A DNA stretch of 48,734 nt from the IMG/VR virus record IMGVR_UViG_2703718802_000011. One strand, written 5' to 3'. Of this stretch, positions 18,132 through 27,413 are shown in pieces (position 1 is the first letter of the stretch; each line of letters begins with the position of its first letter). The DNA is from a virus. Its lineage: Duplodnaviria; Heunggongvirae; Uroviricota; Caudoviricetes. The position numbers were made by a program, and so were the translations under genes. Under the pieces are notes generated by a model. That model had not been told where the DNA came from and did no database searches. It saw only the letters and a program-made list of their open reading frames with translations.

Positions 18132-18982
18132 GCACCATCCTGAAATGGGCGGGAAATAAAACCGCCATTATGCCAGAACTGAAAAAACACCTTCCAGCTG
18201 GCCCGCGACTGGTTGAACCTTTCGCGGGTTCCTGTGCGGTGATGATGGAGACGGATTATCCAAGCTATCTGGTTGCGGATATTAATCCTGATTTAATCAA
18301 CCTCTATAAAAAGGTTGCCGCTGATTGTGAATCGTTTATATCTCGCGCCAGAGTTTTATTTGAGATCGCAAACAGGGAGGTAGCTTATTACAACATAAGG
18401 CAGGAGTTTAATTACTCAACTGAAATTACTGATTTCATGAAAGCGGTATATTTCCTGTATCTCAATCGTCACGGTTACCGTGGTTTATGTCGCTATAACA
18501 AGAGCGGGCATTTCAATATTCCCTACGGTAATTATAAAAATCCGTATTTCCCTGAAAAAGAAATTCGCGCATTTGCAGAAAAAGCCCAGCGGGCAACGTT
18601 TATCTGCGCCAGCTTTGATGAAACGCTGGCGATGTTGAAGGCGGGGGATGTGGTGTATTGCGATCCGCCGTATGACGGTACGTTTTCCGGCTATCACACT
18701 GATGGTTTCACTGAAGATGACCAGTATCACCTGGCATCCGTTCTTGAACATCGAGCATCTGAAGGACATCCCGTCATTGTTTCTAACAGTGACACGTCTT
18801 TGACCCGGTCTCTTTATCGTAATTTCACTCACCACTACATCAGGGCGAAACGCAGCATCGGCGTTGCAGCGGGGGAGGGAAAATTTGCAACAGAGATGAT
18901 TGCCACTAAATCTGCTAATTGGTTTAGTGCCGATTTTAGTAGGGGACGTGACTCTACTGTTATTTTCGGGGTGCAAGTGTGA
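18128..18982 (+). CDS. dam: DNA adenine methyltransferase (Dam-like, N6-A MTase)
   Basis: '[11 protein letters not shown]' N-terminus, 'EPFAGSCAV' AdoMet motif and 'DPPY' catalytic motif ('[15 protein letters not shown]'); ATG overlaps the upstream stop. Confidence 0.8.
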
Positions 18983-19809
18983 AAGAAATGCACCACGAAA
19001 TTCATCATTTCCATGGGACGCCTGTCTGGGGAAGTGCTGGCGACGTTCATCGTATTGCGGTGAGCGGAGCTGGCGCTTTCGTCTCCTATGTACGACCAGA
19101 TCAGATTGCGGCGTCCATTCAGCATGCTCAGGTCGTCGGCATTGATAACGGCGCATTTTCTGCATGGGTGCGTGGGCTAAAAATTAACTGGAGTGATTTT
19201 TATAAATGGCTCCTGAACTATTACCACCATCCTAAGGTCGCTTTTTTTGTCATTCCTGATGTTGTGGACGGCGGTGAACGTGACAATGATGCCCTGATAA
19301 ACGAAGTTCCGAAAATGTTCTACGGGAAGGCAACTCCCGTCTGGCATCTGCACGAGTCAATCGATCGGCTTATCGAGCTATGTCGTGAATGGCCTCGTGT
19401 CTGCTTTGGATCGTCTGGTGAATATGCGGCTATCAGAACTGCGCACTGGCATCGTCGTATGCAGGACGCTTTTGAAGCAATTTATTGCCGACACAATTTC
19501 AAAACAGCTGTTCATGGTTTGCGCATGCTTGACGGTCGTGTGTTGGGAAATTACCCACTGGCGACTGCCGACAGTACAAATCTTGCCTGCAATGTCCCCA
19601 AATTTAATAGCAAATATCCTGAGCTTACGCGGGCTATTCAGGAGGCTGAGTATTCGCGCAATCTGACGGAAAAGGAGCTGAAAGCTGTCATTCTGAAAAA
19701 CCGTTGCGCAATTTTAAAAGGTGCAATTGAAGCTGTTCGCCCACCTTCAGTTTCTGATTGGCTGTCGAATGGTTTGCAGCCTTCACAGCTCGAACTGGAG
19801 ATTGCGTAA
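18979..19809 (+). CDS. Hypothetical protein between dam and the replication gene
   Basis: 276-aa ORF (GTG 18979 or ATG 18988) overlapping the dam stop and the A start; no motif I can assign. Confidence 0.45.
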   Translation: MKEMHHEIHHFHGTPVWGSAGDVHRIAVSGAGAFVSYVRPDQIAASIQHAQVVGIDNGAFSAWVRGLKINWSDFYKWLLNYYHHPKVAFFVIPDVVDGGERDNDALINEVPKMFYGKATPVWHLHESIDRLIELCREWPRVCFGSSGEYAAIRTAHWHRRMQDAFEAIYCRHNFKTAVHGLRMLDGRVLGNYPLATADSTNLACNVPKFNSKYPELTRAIQEAEYSRNLTEKELKAVILKNRCAILKGAIEAVRPPSVSDWLSNGLQPSQLELEIA

Positions 19810-22181
19810 TGAACTACAGCTATTCCTGGAATGCTGAGAAAAAAGCAATCAATCCTTACGTAGGGACAGAAGAGCAATCTTCAGTTTCTGCGCTTTCAAA
19901 CCTGATCGCTCTGTACGCTGCCGATAACGAGCAGGAACACCTGCGCCGCGAGGTACTGAGTGATCAGGTCTGGGAGCGTTATTTCTTTAATGAATCCCGT
20001 GATCCTGTCCAGCGCGAAATGGAGCAGGATAAGCTCATTAGTCGGGCAAAGCTGGCGCATGAGCAGCAGCGTTTTAATCCGGACATGGTCATTCTGGCTG
20101 ACGTCAACGCCCAGCCTTCCCATATCAGCAAGCCGCTGATGCAACGTATTGAATATTTCAGCAGCCTGGGCAGGCCAAAGGCTTATTCCCGCTATTTGCG
20201 TGAGACGATTAAGCCATGTCTGGAACGACTGGAGCATGTACGCGACAGCCAGCTATCTGCATCTTTTCGTTTTATGGCAAGCCATGAAGGGCTGGACGGT
20301 CTGCTGATCCTGCCTGAAATGAGTCAGGATCAGGTGAAACGCCTGTCTACCCTTGTCGCTGCGCATATGAGCATGTGTCTTGATGACGCTTGTGGTGATT
20401 TGTATGCCACCGATGACGTTAAGCCAGAAGAAATCCGCAAGACATGGGAAAGGGTGGCAGCAGAAACCCTGCGACTGGATGTCATTCCACCTGCGTTTGA
20501 GCAACTCCGCCGGAAAAGAAACCGCCGTAAACCCGTGCCCTATGAACTCATTCCGGGTTCGCTGGCGCGTATGTTGTGCGCCGACTGGTGGTATCGGAAA
20601 TTATGGAAGATGCGTTGCGAATGGCGGGAAGAGCAGTTGCGCGCTGTCTGCCTGGTCAGCAAAAAAGCATCTCCCTATGTCAGCTATGAAGCCGTGATGC
20701 ATAAACGTGAGCAGCGCCGTAAGTCGCTGGAGTTTTTTCGTTCTCATGAACTGGTGAACGAAGACGGCGACACGCTGGATATGGAAGACGTGGTAAACGC
20801 CAGCAGCAGCAACCCTGCGCATCGCCGCAATGAGATGATGGCCTGTGTTAAAGGTCTGGAGCTTATCGCGGAAATGCGCGGTGACTGCGCCGTTTTCTAC
20901 ACCATCACCTGTCCGTCACGTTTCCATTCCACGCTAAATAACGGCAGACCAAACCCGACCTGGACAAACGCGACAGTAAGACAAAGCAGTGATTATCTGG
21001 TCGGCATGTTTGCTGCATTTCGTAAAGCGATGCACAAAGCTGGATTGCGCTGGTATGGCGTGCGGGTGGCTGAGCCGCATCATGACGGTACAGTTCACTG
21101 GCACCTGTTGTGTTTTATGCGCAAAAAAGATCGCCGAGCCATTACTGCTTTGTTGCGTAAGTTTTCCATTCGTGAAGACCGCGAGGAGCTGGGTAATAAC
21201 ACGGGACCACGCTTTAAGTCTGAGCTGATAAACCCGCGTAAAGGTACGCCAACAAGCTACATCGCGAAATACATCAGTAAGAACATTGACGGACGTGGTC
21301 TGGCTGGTGAGATCAGCAAGGAAACGGGTAAATCCCTGCGTGATAACGCTGAATACGTTAATGCCTGGGCGTCTCTGCATCGTGTTCAGCAATTCCGCTT
21401 CTTTGGTATTCCGGGGCGTCAGGCTTACCGTGAACTGCGATTGCTGGCTGGTCAGGCGGCAAGGCAGCAGGGGGACAAAAAAGCAGGTGCGCCGGTACTG
21501 GATAACCCACGCCTTGATGCCATCCTGGCTGCTGCTGATGCTGGCTGTTTTGCCACCTACATCATGAAGCAGGGCGGCGTGCTGGTTCCCCGCAAATATC
21601 ACCTTATCAGAACAGCTTATGAAATTAACGAAGAGCCGACCGCCTATGGCGATCACGGCATTCGTATTTATGGCATCTGGTCACCCATTGCAGAGGGCAA
21701 GATCTGCACTCATGCAGTGAAGTGGAAAATGGTTCGTAAAGCCGTTGACGTTCAGGAGGCGGCAGCCGACCAGGGCGCTTGCGCCCCTTGGACTCGTGGC
21801 AATAACTGTCCCCTTGCTGAAAATTTGAACCAACAGGAGAAAGATAAATCAGCTGATGGGGACCCCAGAACGGACATTACCCGCATGGATGACAAGGTGT
21901 TGCACGATTACCTGCACAGTATGAACAAAAAGAAGCGCCGGGAATTGGCTGCAAGGTTACGTCTGGTGAAACCGAAACGGCGTAGAGACTACAAACAGCG
22001 AATTACAGACCATCAACGACAGCAGCTTGTCTATGAACTGAAATCCAGAGGATTTGATGGCAGCGAGAAAGAGGTCGATTTACTCCTTCGCGGCGGCAGT
22101 ATTCCGTCAGGAGCAGGCCTGCGTATCTTCTATCGGAACCAGCGTTTGCAGGAAGATGATAAGTGGCGGAACCTGTATTAA
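19809..22181 (+). CDS. A: Rolling-circle replication initiator endonuclease (P2 gpA / 186 A homologue)
   Basis: 791 aa from ATG 19809 (overlapping the upstream TAA); HUH motif 'VHWHLLCF' and tyrosine motif 'YIAKYISK'; conserved position upstream of the cargo hotspot. Confidence 0.85.
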   Translation: MNYSYSWNAEKKAINPYVGTEEQSSVSALSNLIALYAADNEQEHLRREVLSDQVWERYFFNESRDPVQREMEQDKLISRAKLAHEQQRFNPDMVILADVNAQPSHISKPLMQRIEYFSSLGRPKAYSRYLRETIKPCLERLEHVRDSQLSASFRFMASHEGLDGLLILPEMSQDQVKRLSTLVAAHMSMCLDDACGDLYATDDVKPEEIRKTWERVAAETLRLDVIPPAFEQLRRKRNRRKPVPYELIPGSLARMLCADWWYRKLWKMRCEWREEQLRAVCLVSKKASPYVSYEAVMHKREQRRKSLEFFRSHELVNEDGDTLDMEDVVNASSSNPAHRRNEMMACVKGLELIAEMRGDCAVFYTITCPSRFHSTLNNGRPNPTWTNATVRQSSDYLVGMFAAFRKAMHKAGLRWYGVRVAEPHHDGTVHWHLLCFMRKKDRRAITALLRKFSIREDREELGNNTGPRFKSELINPRKGTPTSYIAKYISKNIDGRGLAGEISKETGKSLRDNAEYVNAWASLHRVQQFRFFGIPGRQAYRELRLLAGQAARQQGDKKAGAPVLDNPRLDAILAAADAGCFATYIMKQGGVLVPRKYHLIRTAYEINEEPTAYGDHGIRIYGIWSPIAEGKICTHAVKWKMVRKAVDVQEAAADQGACAPWTRGNNCPLAENLNQQEKDKSADGDPRTDITRMDDKVLHDYLHSMNKKKRRELAARLRLVKPKRRRDYKQRITDHQRQQLVYELKSRGFDGSEKEVDLLLRGGSIPSGAGLRIFYRNQRLQEDDKWRNLY

Positions 22182-22274
22182 TTACGCTGGTTAACAATTC
22201 GTGCTCTTAATAATACCAGGCATATCAGGCTGATAAGCGTAAAAAAAACGTTTTACATCAGTAAGATTATTATA

Positions 22275-22294
22275 TACTGTAAATATAAACAGTG
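22275..22294 (+). promoter_or_regulatory. LexA (SOS) box TACTGTAAATATAAACAGTG
   Basis: Perfect CTGT-N8-ACAG with AT-rich spacer (CTGT 22277-22280, ACAG 22289-22292), about 45 bp upstream of ATG 22336. Confidence 0.7.
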
Positions 22295-22335
22295 GTTATA
22301 CATACAGTATTGCGTGTGGTGTCATAGGAGGAAAG

Positions 22336-22524
22336 ATGCAGGACTATTTTTTGGAGTCTTTGAAGCTCCAGCGCATTGATTTTTTTCTTAAGCTTGTAGC
22401 GGCTAGTGAGTGCGATGATGAAGAGAAGCGGCTTGCTATCCAGTGGGTTTCGGAGCTGACCGATGAGTTAATGGCGAAAATCCGTACTCATGAGTACAAC
22501 CGTTCAATGGATCTCCCCGGTTAG
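22336..22524 (+). CDS. Small LexA-regulated protein, candidate Tum-like antirepressor
   Basis: 62-aa ORF with AGGAGG RBS (22326-22331) directly downstream of the SOS box; same relative position as the SOS-controlled tum locus of phage 186. Confidence 0.5.
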   Translation: MQDYFLESLKLQRIDFFLKLVAASECDDEEKRLAIQWVSELTDELMAKIRTHEYNRSMDLPG

Positions 22525-23109
22525 GCTTAGGAACGTTGCTGGCGTTAGGACTTGATTCTGACGCTAGCAAGGTTGATCAACGAGCCATGCGAGGCGTTAG
22601 TCATGGGCAAAAAAATAGTAACTTCCAGATTTTGTTTCGTGCCAGGTATTGAGTAGTTTTATCGCCAGAGGGGCTGTTAGCGCTCAAACTACTAATGGAG
22701 CCACACCTTAGATGAGTGATTTGGCTTAAGCTATGATTATATAGTTTTGCTGTACGGCGGCCTTGCTTTTTATTGAAGCGACCAGACTGGAACAACGGCG
22801 AAAGGAGACTAACGATACGCACCAGTTTTTTGAAAAGGTACAGTTATCTAGATTGGTTGCCAATTTTCGTTGAAGCCTGACATACCATTAGGTCATTGCT
22901 TTAGAAAAATTAATACTTGATGTGAGAATTGCTTCAAAACATCTAGAATTAAAGTTTCTTTACTAGTATGCTTCACCACTTGGTCGTTGGGTTGAGTGCA
23001 AAAGCTAAGGCTGATGCCCAGTACGCTATCCGCATTATTGCCAGAGAACCGATTCGAAACCGGAATCTGGCAGAGCATGGGCGCAAGTGCTGGCTTCCCA
23101 ACGGCCTCG

Positions 23110-24078
23110 TTATTTATAATATGCTGACTTCAAAACCACTCGTCTTTCAACCTGCTGTGATAGCATTACCGCGTTAGTCCAATCTTTTGGATACCTTATT
23201 TCTTCTATAACACGAATATAAGCACATACTTTATTTTTTCCCTCTCCTTTGGCATAAGTAACCTCTAGATTATTAAATTTCAATAAGTGCTCTCTTCTTT
23301 GGTAAGTAAAACAGCCGTAATCACGGACATCAGAAGAAGTAATAGCATGAGTTGAAGGAAACCGAACTAGTAAATTTCTCAAGTAGGGAATAATGTCCAA
23401 ACTCGTTGCTTTGTTTTCTTCTCTGCGACTCTTTCTGAACATATGTCTCCAACCCAGCCGTGTAAGCTCGATTTTCCCAAGCACCGGAGATGTGATTTCT
23501 TTCTGTTCAGAATAACGTTTTTTAACAAACGCTCGCCGATTATTAAGTAGTGAGTTTCTTCTTCTTACATGGATTCCTTTTGCTCCAGTTTCACCTGCAC
23601 GTACCATGGACATACAGCGAGCCAGGTCAAACCGTGTAGCCGGAGTGATTAAGTGATATTCTCCATAAGTTTGGTTTTTAAGGGTAGTGTTTGGATGTAT
23701 ATAGGCCCAAAATGCTTTACGATTAGTTCTGTCAACCCAAACGACACATATATGGTGAGTTGTCCTTTTGGCTGCTTTTTTTGCGGCCGAATTTAATACA
23801 AAACCTTTCTCTAATAAATGACCATAAGTTGCCCCTGATTTAACTTGCGACAATATAAGCATTCTTTCTTTTGATGCCCATGGATGTTCGAAGGATAATA
23901 TTAAATCTATTTTTGAATTGTCGTCTTCCCTGGAACCCCAGTGCCCCTCTCCTCTACAAGCAAGAATGAATTGACTCATTGCATAAGATTCGGCGTCACT
24001 GCCGTTAACTGAGTTAAACTGTCTTGTTTCTAGCACAGTTGGTATTGGTCGTGATGCAAGTAAACTGAAAGATCCCAC
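23110..24078 (-). CDS. Hypothetical cargo protein in the A-Q hotspot
   Basis: 322-aa ORF on the opposite strand to flanking phage genes, AT-rich, with no P2/186 counterpart at this position. Confidence 0.5.
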   Translation of the reverse strand: MGSFSLLASRPIPTVLETRQFNSVNGSDAESYAMSQFILACRGEGHWGSREDDNSKIDLILSFEHPWASKERMLILSQVKSGATYGHLLEKGFVLNSAAKKAAKRTTHHICVVWVDRTNRKAFWAYIHPNTTLKNQTYGEYHLITPATRFDLARCMSMVRAGETGAKGIHVRRRNSLLNNRRAFVKKRYSEQKEITSPVLGKIELTRLGWRHMFRKSRREENKATSLDIIPYLRNLLVRFPSTHAITSSDVRDYGCFTYQRREHLLKFNNLEVTYAKGEGKNKVCAYIRVIEEIRYPKDWTNAVMLSQQVERRVVLKSAYYK

Positions 24079-24515
24079 TTATAGTTCTCTCCAAAAAATT
24101 GCATAATCTTGAACGCTAAAAAATAGTATACAAACTAAAGTATTTTTTCATTTAATTCAATGTATTGGCTAAAATTAAGACATTTATAGCTATATGTACT
24201 AGATAACATAGCGTTGTTTTCCTTTTGAAATCTCTTCTTGTGGTAACACAACAGTATTTACTCAAGTAGTTTGTCACTGCATGGGGAGATTTCGCTATGT
24301 CCGCGGCATCATACAGATGCGATAGATTTTCAGCATGACCTTGGGTAGCAAATCTGTAGGTATCATCCATTGCACCTCAAAGTAACTCTGGTGCATACCT
24401 ATGCTGCATGAAAATGAATGATCGCTAGTGGATCGTTTATGTCGAAGCCTGCCAGTTCTGACGGGCTTTTGCTTATGTTATGCAACTGCATGAAAACCAC
24501 TACACAAAGCGGGCA

Positions 24516-24534
24516 GGCGTGGCGGGGATACGAG
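24516..24534. other. Candidate cos cohesive-end sequence (GGCGTGGCGGGGATACGAG)
   Basis: GC-rich 19-mer in an AT-rich intergenic region; the first 13 nt match the 186/P2 cohesive-end sequence as I recall it (GGCGTGGCGGGGAAAGCAT / GGCGAGGCGGGGAAAGCAC). Confidence 0.35.
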
Positions 24535-24686
24535 CGCGCGCTAAGTCATATAAGAGTTATATATTGATTTGATTGCTGGACATGCATACAGTATCGCTCT
24601 ATCATCTAATAAATCTTAGAGTATTTGACAATGTTTGGATAAAATGGAACCTAACTTATTCATAATCCGCTAAACAGGGATGTCAG

Positions 24687-25601
24687 ATGCCATACCAATT
24701 GGTAGAGCTTAGCCCCGTAGCTAACGATCTTGAACAGTTAGGAACCAAAGAGAAGTTTTGGTTCTATTTCTCCGATGACACTGTAAATTTGCAGTTGTTT
24801 AAGTACTCTAGGCCAGGTACTGGCGAGCATTGGTCTGAAAAGTGTGCTGCTGAGTTATGTCATTTGCTTAACATTCCACATGCTAGCTATGATTTGGCGC
24901 GATACAATGGTCGATTCGGTGTGGTGACTCAGAATATCATTCCATCTGGTTTCCGGATGGTAATGGGAAATGAAGTGCTTCACAGTTCGACATTCGATTA
25001 TCCTGGGCCTTTACAAGCCGGGGAAAAGCCGGTAAGGGTCAGAGAACACACTGTCACAAGGGTATTGGGTTGTTTGGATAGGGAATCTATCAAGCCTCCT
25101 CCGAGTGTATATGATCTAACCGGGCTAAATGCAGCAGATGTATTTTGTGGATATTTGATGCTCGATGCACTTGTGAGTAATCAAGATCGCCATCATGAAA
25201 ATTGGGCGATCATGCTTAACAATGAAACTGGTGAGCAGTTTTTGTGTCCAACATACGATCATGCCGCTAGTTTAGGAAGGGAGATGTTAGATGATGAGCG
25301 TAACGAACGGCTTAATACTAAAGATAAAAATCGACAAATCCCATGTTTTGTAAGAAAAGCTCGCTCTGAGCTATTCAAAGCAAAAACTGATAAAAAGCCC
25401 TTGCTGACCGTTGAAGCATTTCAACATGCAGTTGAAGGGAGAGTTGCCGCTCGCGACCATTGGTTAGGTAAGTTGAGCGTTTTAACAGAAGATTCCATTA
25501 CAGATGTGTTTAACCAAGTGCCTTCATCGTGTATATCCGACAGTGCACGTAGATTTGCAACGTTAATGGTAATGGAAAATCGCAGAAGGTTACTAGAATG
25601 A
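24687..25601 (+). CDS. HipA-like (HipT-type) serine/threonine kinase domain protein
   Basis: 304 aa; 'LGTKEKFWF' (HipA P-loop-like) near the N-terminus, catalytic 'SNQDRHHENWA' (D-x-H-x2-N, about nt 25185) and 'CPTYDHAASLG' (HipA D332-region-like). Confidence 0.65.
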   Translation: MPYQLVELSPVANDLEQLGTKEKFWFYFSDDTVNLQLFKYSRPGTGEHWSEKCAAELCHLLNIPHASYDLARYNGRFGVVTQNIIPSGFRMVMGNEVLHSSTFDYPGPLQAGEKPVRVREHTVTRVLGCLDRESIKPPPSVYDLTGLNAADVFCGYLMLDALVSNQDRHHENWAIMLNNETGEQFLCPTYDHAASLGREMLDDERNERLNTKDKNRQIPCFVRKARSELFKAKTDKKPLLTVEAFQHAVEGRVAARDHWLGKLSVLTEDSITDVFNQVPSSCISDSARRFATLMVMENRRRLLE

Positions 25602-26338
25602 CTAATACAAACTCCGTTTACGTCGCATGGCAGGCACCAGATACCAGAGACTGGCATGTTGTTGGTAACTTGCAAGAGCGCAAATCGGGGTATGTTTTCA
25701 GGTATACCAAAGGTGCTCTTAAATCTACTAAATTTACAAAGTTTAGCGGCATGAGTGATGTTCGTGAAACTTATGTTTCGGAAGAATTGTTTCCTCTTTT
25801 TAAAAATCGCCTTTTATCACCGAGACGTCCAGAGTATCCGAGTTTCATTAAATGGCTTGGATTTGAAGAAGATAAGGTAAATCCTATCGATATTCTTGCT
25901 CGCTCGGGAGGCTTACGAAGCACTGATCAGCTGCAGATTTTCAAAAAAATTGATGTTGATTCTGATGGTAACTTTGAGCATTTTTTCTTCTTACATGGAC
26001 TTGGTTACTTAAATAGCTTAGCTAATGCTCGTGTATCTGAATTGAAACCGGGGCAAATTTTGCGTCTTTGCTTGGATCTTCAAAATGAATACGATGGGGA
26101 TGCTGTTGTCGTTCGTGCAGATAAACCAGCTGAAATCGTTGGTTACTGCCCTAGGTATTTAAGTAATGATATCAAGAAGATGTTATTGGATGATCCAAAA
26201 TCAATCACTTTAACGGTCGAAAAGATTAGCGATGATGCTCCTCATAACTATCGGTTATTATGTAAATTATCAGGAGTACTAAGCCAAGCCTGTCAATCGA
26301 CGCTGATTCCTCAGGATGAGTTTGAACCTATTGAGTAA
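25598..26338 (+). CDS. HipA N-terminal (HipS-like) domain fused to a HIRAN-like domain
   Basis: ATG overlaps the kinase stop (ATGA). N-terminus 'VVGNLQERKSGYVFRY...EELFPLFKNRLLSPRR...NPIDILARSGGLRS' resembles the HipA N-subdomain; C-terminus 'ILRLCLDLQNEYDGDAVVVRADKPAEIVGYCPRYLS' resembles the HIRAN consensus. Confidence 0.5.
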   Translation: MTNTNSVYVAWQAPDTRDWHVVGNLQERKSGYVFRYTKGALKSTKFTKFSGMSDVRETYVSEELFPLFKNRLLSPRRPEYPSFIKWLGFEEDKVNPIDILARSGGLRSTDQLQIFKKIDVDSDGNFEHFFFLHGLGYLNSLANARVSELKPGQILRLCLDLQNEYDGDAVVVRADKPAEIVGYCPRYLSNDIKKMLLDDPKSITLTVEKISDDAPHNYRLLCKLSGVLSQACQSTLIPQDEFEPIE

Positions 26339-26344
26339 ATGAAG

Positions 26345-26368
26345 AAAAGCCACCAAACGGTGGCTTTT
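26345..26368. terminator. Bidirectional rho-independent terminator between the kinase module and Q
   Basis: Perfect 10-bp stem aaaagccacc/ggtggctttt with 4-nt loop, flanked by A-run and T-run. Confidence 0.7.
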
Positions 26369-26372
26369 CTTA

Positions 26373-27413
26373 TTATGGGACTATATCTAGCGAGTAGGTA
26401 TTAAACTGTATCGCCTCCTTGCCAAGCCAATCATTCATCTCCTGTAATCGCTTTTGTAGTGGCATTAGCTCATTTCGGACGAATACACGGCTTGCCTTTT
26501 CCACATCCCCAAACCCCCCAACATTATTCGGCATAATCCCCATCATTTGTGGCGGCACGCGGTGCGCTGCCATCATGTCATCCCGACTCACGTTCTTGAT
26601 GTTAAGAAATTCATCCTTCGCCGCGACTTCTGACAATGGGATGATCTGAAGCCCGTCTTTTTTGCCGTTAGGTGAGTACATAAACAGGTTGCGGAAGTTG
26701 CCTGGACCTTTGGCGCTTTTCATCGCGTTGCGGAGGTTGTTCACATCCTCCTGATTCTGCGCGGCATCGGTCATGTACATGATGAAGCCTGCATGGCTGC
26801 CATTGATGTAATACTTACGGCGGAACAGCGTGGCGGACTCGTTGAGCAGAGCGGATGGAATAGCAGAAAGATAGCCAGGCAGGCCGTAGATCTCCTGGTT
26901 GATGTCCGGTTCCATCAGATGAAAGATGCTGCCTTTCGTGAACTGATACGGCTGGGTTGTCATACCGTATTGCACAAACCAGTAGGTATCCAGGTCTAAC
27001 CCGCGTCGGGTGTATTTTGCCAGAGCAGGCTCAAGGGCGATAATTTCACCGAAGCGGTTCGTGCGTTTCTCCAGGTAGGCGTTACCAAATACCAGATAGT
27101 CCTGCACAAAACGTGAAAAAGCCTGCTGGCTGAGCAACGGGTGAGGGATATAGGTGCTGGTCAGAATGTTGCACTTTACTGCAATCGGTGAGCTGTGGTG
27201 TACGGCGGCGCGGAAGGTTCGCGCCAGGCCGTCGAAACTCACTGGTGGCTCATACCAACGGTCCATCTGTACGCATTCCACATAGTCCAGCAGTTCGCGG
27301 CGGTCCAGAACAGGAACGGGATCGCCGAAGCTGAATGCTTCGGCTGTAGTTTGACTTTTAAGCTGGATCTGTTTCGTCGCCGCAGCGCGGTTCTTCTTAC
27401 TCTTTCCCATCAA
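26373..27413 (-). CDS. Q: Portal protein (P2 gpQ homologue)
   Basis: 346 aa (P2 Q is about 344); downstream of the terminase large subunit in the leftward operon. Confidence 0.8.
   Translation of the reverse strand: MMGKSKKNRAAATKQIQLKSQTTAEAFSFGDPVPVLDRRELLDYVECVQMDRWYEPPVSFDGLARTFRAAVHHSSPIAVKCNILTSTYIPHPLLSQQAFSRFVQDYLVFGNAYLEKRTNRFGEIIALEPALAKYTRRGLDLDTYWFVQYGMTTQPYQFTKGSIFHLMEPDINQEIYGLPGYLSAIPSALLNESATLFRRKYYINGSHAGFIMYMTDAAQNQEDVNNLRNAMKSAKGPGNFRNLFMYSPNGKKDGLQIIPLSEVAAKDEFLNIKNVSRDDMMAAHRVPPQMMGIMPNNVGGFGDVEKASRVFVRNELMPLQKRLQEMNDWLGKEAIQFNTYSLDIVP

Noticed and set aside
18979-19809. Possible DNA-modification enzyme (DpdA/TGT-like) next to dam
   Set aside because: Considered because of its position beside a methyltransferase, but I could find no diagnostic catalytic or zinc-binding motif; left as hypothetical.
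20934-21656. 240-aa antisense ORF inside replication gene A (and similar ORFs 20253-20504, 20601-20822)
   Set aside because: Lies entirely within and opposite to the well-supported gpA coding frame; typical long antisense frame in GC-rich DNA.
22525-24078. Retron (msr/msd plus reverse transcriptase) in the P2-type hotspot
   Set aside because: The 322-aa protein lacks any reverse-transcriptase YxDD motif, and no msr/msd-like inverted repeats flank the region.
24152-24370. 72-aa minus-strand ORF in the divergent region upstream of the kinase gene
   Set aside because: No RBS and overlaps the probable promoter and cos-like region; likely noncoding.
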